Assembly (NCBI GenBank): GCA_965235115.1 | Contig: OZ249436.1 | Coordinates: forward strand, 7,628,001-7,692,000 | Length of the DNA stretch: 64,000 bases | Direction: 5' to 3' | From: Laetmonice hystrix | Taxonomy: Eukaryota | Part shown: positions 55,801 to 64,000 of the stretch, piece after piece | How the letters are laid out: each line of letters opens with the position of its first letter | Numbering within the stretch: position 1 is the first letter of the stretch | Translations under genes and position numbers: made by a program | Notes under the pieces: model-generated | Told to the model about the DNA's origin: nothing | What the model saw: the letters and a program-made list of their open reading frames with translations, nothing else | Databases searched by the model: none

Positions 55801-58800
55801 TGATTCGCTTGACTGATTTTGATGAAATAAAGACTGTTTTTCATGTACATCGTAAGAAGATTACCCATCAGAATCTGGGGGAATATACATGTAGATTGTT
55901 AGGTTGCCTGGTGCGGCATGGACTTTTTTTTGGACACCTTTGTATATTGAAGAAATACATGACAGGAGTTATGAAGAAAAATAGGTATAGCAATAGATTG
56001 CGAAAACCAAACTGAGAATATCAGCAATATCAAGGTAGCGGAGAGTGATTGAAGGTTTAAAGAATAAGTGTGTGTGCAGGGGGGGGGGGGGGGCTGGTCG
56101 ACGTGGATGTAGCAGTTGATAGTTAGTATAGATGTATCTCTAAAGCTTCCTTATTTTATATTTGTGTCTTTTCTCAGTTTCTGACAAAGGTCATCATACA
56201 TCCAGCCTGGGGTATACCAGGTATGAAAGAAGACTTTGCCCTAGGTATAGATCCCTTGTCTGGATCCTAAAAAGTTTGCAATCAATTATGATTTCTATAG
56301 TAGTCTGAGTACTGTGCCATATTCAGATGAGAATCTATTCTGCTGATGGCTTGGCATGAAAACTGATATTGATTAACTGTAATTTTTTTTTAATTACAAA
56401 TCCTCATGAAACTATACAAATAGGTATCTGCATTTACATTGAGCTATGACATCAAGAAGCCAACATTTATGTCTGGAATAGTGGCCAATCTCGTTGTAAT
56501 TACAATTTTTTTTAGCCTTGTTCATAATTGTTTATTTCCACGGTTTTTTCGTCCAGCAGCTGGACAACATTATTCAACGGGGCCTCCTGGTTTTATAACA
56601 ATGAAGTGGGAACTTACCATTCCATCGAGGATCTTCTCCTACAATTCGTTCCTTTTCTAACTGAGCTGCAGCTGTGTTTTCTACTATGCCTTTTAAATCT
56701 CCATTTTCAATAAGTTGCAATTCTCTGATATCATACACTGGTGGGCGCATATCAGGTGCTCCATGTGCAAAAGCACAGTGAGGCCCATTTTTAACACAAT
56801 GTCCATGCGCATCCGTTTCGTGGACGCATGTTCCAGTTTTGTAGTATCTAAGGTGATATCTTCGCTCCGTATCTCCAGCTGTCCTATGCAAGTAGGGACA
56901 CCTAGAAAAGTAAACATGAACCACATTAACATTAACGATTTTCTGGTTGCAAACTTTGATAAAGTTTACCTTAACTATGCCTAGACACATATAACAGCGC
57001 AACACCACCAATATGTCACTATCCACTTCAGTACTAACTGCTTAATCTTGGAAACACATGAGTACCCTGACTGGGAACTGGAGACAAAGAGCAGTAATTA
57101 ATGACTGGCATGTTTTGACAAGGCTTGGGAAACATACCAAAATGGATGCAACTATGGAGAAATAAAGGCAGCTTTAGGGAGTCTGACCAATGAAATAAAT
57201 TACATGTACCCAGTATTTTATCATCATATTCCGGAACTCTCATAATTTTTTTACTGTGTTTTACTTGGTGATCACCTACTACTCTATCTTGATACTCTGT
57301 ATTATAATATTTGCGGTCTGCTTAGTGTCACCAAGTGCACACTAACTGTAACCTGATCCTATCCTGCGCAGAGAGACCTGCCCCGGCCATAGGATGTGGT
57401 CAAAGTTGACCATGTGACCCCTGCTGTGAGTGTGACCCTGCTGTGTGTGACCCCAGTCAACCTCAGGCAGCTGCTGACTCAGTGGTCAGCACTATCTGTT
57501 GACTCAATCTTCCCGTCCCAATAGAGCACGGGAAGGTTTCTGCCTTCTGTACCCACAGGGCTCTAATCCACACTAGGATACACATCTGGCAGTGCCCTAC
57601 CCTACCCTAAAAACCATCAGACCAGATACACAATCTTTAAAAAAAACTTTTCCCCAGAGATGATATCTTCAGTAAAGGCTATTTTACAAACATCATGGCT
57701 TTCCAGTTTCCTGTTGATAAAATCACCAGGCTAACACTAACAGCCTTCAAAATTACTGAAACACCGGGTTTGTTAATTGGTCTTCCTGTTTTAATTACCT
57801 TGAAATCAGTGGTTTTCAGAAGTGCAATTAATCAGATACCTTAGTTCAAACTTTACAACCGATACTTCTGATTTCTTTACAGGCACTCCTGGCATGCTTC
57901 AGTTTACAATAATTTTGAAGACTACGTGACATACACATCATCACTGCACTGAATAGCTTACCAGAACTTCTTCCTTCTAGGAAATGGCTCTGAAGTCATC
58001 AACTTTGTACAAAGCAACCTCATGTTCTTATTCTGATACTAATAAAGTAGAATTAGCCCAGTTAAAAACAGGTTGGCTGACACTTGTATGACAAACTTGA
58101 GCTGGAAATCTATCCAGAGGATTGGACTTTCATTTCCACGATCCTCAGTCAGGAACGCTCACATTACGTTTTATTCAAATTCACAGCGGGATCTTAATCA
58201 GGTCTCTTGATGATTCATAGGCACGAGTGATGTTAATAATGTGCGAAACAACAACAAATGCTGCTTTAAAAATATAAAATTTTAACAAGACCCTTCACAA
58301 TCACTTTTAGGCACAGGAAATGTTCTACATTATTATCAGGCACTTCTTATTGGATTGAAGATGACATCAGTTTATTTCTGCCCGTTTCGACCTATAAACA
58401 GCCAGCAGGTTCTGTGCTAGATGATGAATGGCAGGCCAAGGTCCACCTCACTGAACATCTTTCTTAGCTTGCAGACTGACTTTTACTAGTTAGCTTGTGC
58501 TACCAATGATTCTCACTTTAGACGTATGTGCAGGGTTCTCGCCACCTTTTTCAGCCGACTTGGCTGCCTTTGGAAGAGCTCAGAAAACCGGTCTAAATTC
58601 AACAGAAGCCAACAGTATTTCATGAAACAAAAGTCTAGTTAATAGCAAATCTTTCACTTGGGTGGGGTGGAGTTAAGATTCTATGCAGCACATTCTGACT
58701 CTATGATATCGTGGGAAGTTGAAGATTGAGTGGCCTCAAAACTGCTGGTTTACATCTTGCTTAAAAGTTCTGTCAAGAACACAGGATGTGTAGTACACAT

Positions 58801-61800
58801 TCACACATACCAAAGTTGGATAAATCTATAGGGTTGGAATGGGAACCAAATGTCCCTGTATAAACGGCGCTCTAAGACCGGTAGCCTATCTTTGTTCCCC
58901 TGTACATGCCAGCCTCTGTCGGTGGCCCAGCAGTGTGAAATGAGGACATGACCCCTCTCCAGTCTTCAGGCAGAGCACCCCTGTTTACTCTCCCGTGCAG
59001 GTTGCTGGCATACTACACCATTTTGGGATACATGTCACAAGCAGAGGAAATGGCAATTTACTTGAGTTGCTGCAAAAAGAACACTGGCCTAGTGAAAGTA
59101 GCATCGACCTTTCAAGACAACGGCATTGTACTTCTCACCCTTGATTCCCCCAAATTAATGCACAGTACTTTCTGTCCTTTCAGCTGCTTTGACATTGTAG
59201 CTTGACCTAAAAATACTGTGCTTTTGTGACCAAACCAAGTGAACCATTTCTAAATTCTATGTCATGTGAAAAAGTTGGTGAATGACTTATTTCTTCATGA
59301 GTATGGATTTTTTTGAGGGTATTAAGAACTTGATCTTTGAAATAATCTTTACACTGCTACAACAAAGCTACAGACACATCTGTCCCATCAGTTTACTTAT
59401 ATACAACCACATTATTTTTTCCCAATCATTTTGAAAAGCTCTAACATTACAAGTAAATGCTATTCTTTCTGCCAATCACACTTTTTAAACGCGATTAGCA
59501 ACTGTGCCCGTGTAATGAAAATTCAACAATTGGATCGTCAAACAGGAAGCCAGGCTATGGAAATGTATTTAAAAAAATGGAAAAAGAGCACAAAAGGGGG
59601 GGGGTTAGGACCCTAGAAGTTCTGACTCTGCTCATGGCCTACTCCAACAAGCCAGAATCTGATTGACTACCATATCAAGCCATGGTCAGCACCAGTCAGG
59701 CCCATGTGGCCGCAGTGTTCAGTCATTCCAGTACTGTTACCGTTTTGTTAGGATCACCCTGAGTGCTAAAACTTCCCAATTAATAATGCATATAACTCAC
59801 AATGTGTTGGGTTGCAGTCTTCACAAAGTATATGAAAGAATCTAGGCGGCAAAGGGAAATTTTACAAGGGTGGGGGGGGGGGTGAATTGATGACTTGTAC
59901 TTGTAATGATCGCAATGAAGGTGAGGCAGAAGTTTGAAATTGTTCTTTCTTTTCCCAGCACTTGGTGGGTTTTGGGCAAGAAAACAAAGGAATTTATCTT
60001 ACACTTACAGACAAAACTTATTTTGTCTCATGTATAACAAGACAAGACACCGGGGGGGGGGGGGGAAGAGAAAATCAGGGGGGGCCTAGCACCCCCCTGC
60101 CCCTGCCATGTTACGCCGCCTATGGAAAGGATCACCATTTCGCTTCCCCTCTTTCAAAACCATCACCAAACAGAAGTGCCACCATAATGGCTTGACCAAT
60201 GTATTTTGAACATGTATACGAATCATTATGCCGCCGTCAGACAGAATGGAGCATGGAAATGCATGAGGATCGCTCGAGGATTCCTGTTCTTCCCCAATTC
60301 CAATTAATTAATATCAAATTCCGTCTGGTGACGTCATGCTGGTGTCGTGGTCTCAGGGGTCCGTTCCACTAAGCCCGAAAGACCTCTTTGAAATGGTCGC
60401 TGAGCCCAAAGAGGTCTTTGCGGCGACGGCTGTTCCACTAAGATCCTATTCTTTAACATTGGCGCCGCAAAGACGTCTTTCCAAAGACGTCTTTGCCAAA
60501 GACGTCTTTCGTTAGTGGAACGGACCCCAGATCTCTGCAGTCTCAGATCTCTGGAAGGTTAGCTGCATAGCTGTGTGTTCTAGTCTAACTATCCGAAATA
60601 TCAGGTCTCAGTTGAGTCACACGCACAGAGTTGGACAAATCCACTAGCCCGAGGTCCGGGACTTGCCTATTATTGCTTCGGACTTGTGAAAATATATCAT
60701 TGGTAGTCCAACAGACTCTTGCCCAGTCTTGGTTAAACCTACTGTCATTGACAGGTGGTATCTCTCATGACCTGGTGCCAGGCATGTAGCAGGTCACAAA
60801 CCTCCATCCTCCAAGGATGCTGGAGGTCTGTGACCTGTAATGTCAATAATGATGGTAATCTTAACATTTCCATAAAGTTGATAAACACTCCATGAAATTG
60901 TGGAGATTTGGACCAGTGGACCCAAGAGCAGGACCAGCAAATATTCTGAGTTACTGGTCCTGGACCAGTGACTCATAAAATAATTTGTCCAACCCTGATG
61001 CAATAACTCTCATCTCCTCTGCGATATTTAGTTTACAATTTGCCTATCCAGACTGTCGTATTCTTGTTTGGAAAAAAACTTCACCGCCCATCAGGTAGCA
61101 GACGACCGGAGCTGTGTGAGCCCAAACAGCGACTCACACATGCTCAATTAGTCTGAGTCAATATATAAACAATAGGAAACCATGCTCCCGGAGATTTGAG
61201 ATCGGTGGAGATCTCAGTGCTCGACACTGGAAGATGATTAAATTAAAATGGCAGCCAGATTCACCCCAGATTTTGGAGACGGTCACACACAAGAGCTGCA
61301 CACAAACACTGTCAATCGACAGGCCCTAAATAATGGTTTAAAGAGAAAGAAAAAATGTCTATCATCACTGGTAGGAGTAAACAGAGTCATGGCCCTGAAG
61401 TACCCATCCCAGTAATTTTTAATAAAAAAGGGGTGTGTCTCATCTTTGATTTTGGCAATGCCCAGATGATCTCTCTACAAATATTTTAATGATTTCAAAT
61501 TAAATTCAAATTTAATCTTCTTCTCAATTCTAATGGACATTATCAACATAAGATAAGAATCTAATATTTATTTTTGACATTTTTTCTGTAAATTTCACTT
61601 TAAACTCAGTCATGATTATGGTTTTCTGAAGTCCCCCCTCCTTAAAAAATCTTCAAACAAAATTATTCTTATTTGGGGAGATCTTCTGACAAAGTCTACC
61701 TTTAGACTTAGAGGTAAATACAACCACATACATAAAAATGGCACCCAAACTGACATAACTACTGCTTCCAATCATTTCGTTCTTGGCCCCTGATTGAACA

Positions 61801-62969
61801 AGCGTGGGGTAGGCATGTCTGTATGTCCGCTGCCAGCTGGTAAAGTTCAAGGACGGTTGCACCGCTAGGTGACCTATTTTCACAATGCAATATGCAAAAC
61901 ATGCAGTACCCACGCTTATGCATCAGAACACCGAATCTATGAAGAAAGAACGGCAATATACGCTGCCATTCCGTTTTAAATTAACCTTTGCCACACAAAA
62001 TATGAGACTGATTGGTACTGATGGTCAGACACATTAGATTTGAGTGGAAACGGGTCAATTTCTCAGCCACCACGCGGTCTTTGTTGTCGCGAATGACCCG
62101 TGTTATAGAATCTAGGCCAGCGGCAGCAAATCCCATTGAGGCCCGCGACCACATCAACACTGCGTTACGGCTTCAGCTCTCTTCACGCAACCAAACACAA
62201 TTTCTCACCAGAAAGGACACGCCCCATGACAAACTTTCAATTCTACCATGTATATTCGACCAAAGTTGTTCAGGGACTTCCTCCATCGAGAACGTACGCC
62301 TGGCTAAATAGAATCGAAAATGAGTGTCCGCCATATTTGTTTACAAGATGTCAAACGGAGCATTCCCAACAAACTGAAGCAGAGGTTGAAGACGATTTTA
62401 GCGTTGACGTTCGGCGACTGTCATTAACCCAAATGTATATTCGAGTGTAACAGAACCTCCTTTAACCAGTTAGGCAAATAGTTTCTGCAAAAACACTGAA
62501 AACAAAGAATAACTGGGGAAAGACCCGTATGGGTTGTGCCAACTTCCCACCAAAATTTGAATATGGAGGGAAATTACTAGAAGTTGAAAGGAACACTCAC
62601 TCGTCTCCCTCGGGGCAAAGTCCTGTTGTCTCATCATATTTCGTACAGTATACATCCGGGCTATAATTAAACACACCATCCCTCTTCCGTACTGGCCTCC
62701 TTCGCCTTTGATTTAGAAAATGCCAATGAAAGCACGTGTAAGGCCTATGTTGGGTGCACTTGTGCTGGAGGAATTGCGGGCACTGCTGAGTGCGAAACTC
62801 CTTCAAATACCTGCAAAACAAATGACAAGGTCAGCATTGGGCATTTTTTGTGTGATCTGCCATATGTGTAGATCATGGAATTGTTAATACACGTGACAGT
62901 CGGTGCTACTTACGTGTAATGTTTAGGTTTTTCCGTTTGCGTGGGAAGCACAGGGGCCTCCGACGGCAT
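46826..62969 (-). CDS. unk: RING finger protein unkempt (tandem CCCH zinc fingers, coiled coil, RING), 15 coding exons
   Basis: Exon 1 62969-62914 (MPSE...TEKPKHYT), 62810-62601 (YLKEFRTQQC...HWHFLNQRRRRP), ~56901-56618, ~53125-52989 (YKTEPCKRPPRLCRQGYAC), ~52197-52080, ~51769-51685 (YKSTKCNDM), ~51374-51159, 50690-~50499, ~49968-49698, ~49035-48901, ~48685-48514, ~48377-48144, 47879-~47784 (ACEAWKKEAEE), ~47445-47281, ~47002-46826 (CLVC...PCNHYVLCDGC...CPYC, stop). Confidence 0.96.
51033..51168. repeat. 33-bp tandem repeat (about 4 copies) spanning an unkempt exon/intron junction
   Basis: TGATGTTGTACATAACACCTGTAGTTACTYACR-like unit; 11-aa periodicity in ORF 50964-51452. Confidence 0.85.
52360..52465. 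repeat. Compound (GAAT)n / GACTGCAGGAATAAAG repeat
   Basis: Directly visible in unkempt intron. Confidence 0.85.
60357..60527. mobile_element. PIF/Harbinger-like MITE
   Basis: TIR GGGTCCGTTCCACTAA / TTAGTGGAACGGACCC, CAG on both flanks, internal tandem palindromes AAAGACGTCTTT x3. Confidence 0.8.
60626..60997. mobile_element. hAT-like MITE
   Basis: TIRs CAGAGTTGGACAAAT / ATTTGTCCAACCCTG; TSD not evident. Confidence 0.55.
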
Positions 62970-64000
62970 CTTGGATGTCAATAAACGTCGAGTGCGCACC
63001 ACTTCATGCGCAAATCTGTCATCTCTGTTGGATCGACTGTGGATTGGCTCAAAACAGGTCACGTGGCCGGGCTTTCCCCTTTGTGTTTAATTTCGATCAT
63101 CCTGAGCCGGTAGATGTCGCTTCTTCTCAAACACTGCCCCAAGACGAAGCCCGAAAGCCGAGTATTGCATATTATGTAACAGCGCCTGATAATAAGTAGA
63201 ATCATCTAGATTTTGGTAGCCTAAGTCCCTTTCAGAAAACAAGAAAAATGTGTTCCTCGTGCAGTCGAAAAGATATGGAAACAAATATAAAAACCCATCT
63301 CTAAAATAAGTTATAAATAAAAATGCCACATGACATTTGAGCTTGCCCGGGGTATAGGCCTACCGGGTAACTTTTGATTTTCATTGTAAAAACGCTGCTG
63401 ACTGCAGTATTGTCCGGCCACAGGTTGAGTTATTGACACGTCATTATAGACTTAAATAGAGGGCCTACTAAATACCGTTCACATACATTCACTAAATGTA
63501 TGCAGGGCCGAATAACAAAAATCACTGGGACAGACGAGGCTGATAAAGACTGAACTGGCCCAGTAGACCTATAACCCTCCAAGAATCTGACTATGTCTAT
63601 AGCAAACTGAAAAAGTTTGTGGGGGGACGATCCCCCCTCCACCTCCCTGTCCCCTACTCTGAAGCCAGTGGGCAGATTTAAATCCTCTTTTTGGGGGCGC
63701 GGCCGGTTCTCCCCTGAAAAAAAAAGATTAAACGCATGCAATCTACGTGTATTTTGTGAAATAGTAGGCCTATATAGGCTTATATCTCTATTTAAATATT
63801 ACAAACATCTATTAGCAGGGAAGATTATTGTAAGATTATCGGCTAGGGCTCTCACAGATACAGGCCACGTGCGTGGATTGCTTCCAGTTGCCCCTCTTGT
63901 CCCGCTTTCATCCGTTAGTTCGGTCTAAATAATGTTCCTCTCATGCCGCAAACAAAACACGTTTCTCTTTTGGCTTAATTAAATTCCTACTGAAACATCA

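Overview
Intron-rich animal (probably marine invertebrate) genomic DNA; not prokaryotic, no CRISPR. Five spliced genes were reconstructed by hand from GT-AG junctions with matching phases: (1) a + strand Met/plexin-like receptor tyrosine kinase (9693-19185) whose ectodomain is signal peptide + one ephrin-receptor-like Cys-rich repeat + three IPT-like domains, with no room for a Sema/PSI module; (2) TOP3A (-, about 32 coding exons) with two in-frame ATGs; (3) a UQCC4/CCSMST1-like gene (+) head-to-head with TOP3A; (4) replication-independent histone H3.3 (-) with a multi-CCAAT promoter; (5) unkempt (-). Non-coding space holds minisatellites, a palindromic TGACGTCA-rich array, MITEs, tandem Helentron-like elements, a tRNA-derived SINE-like element and a long hairpin downstream of unkempt. 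The most unusual item is the Sema-less RTK. All calls are by eye; no database search was run.
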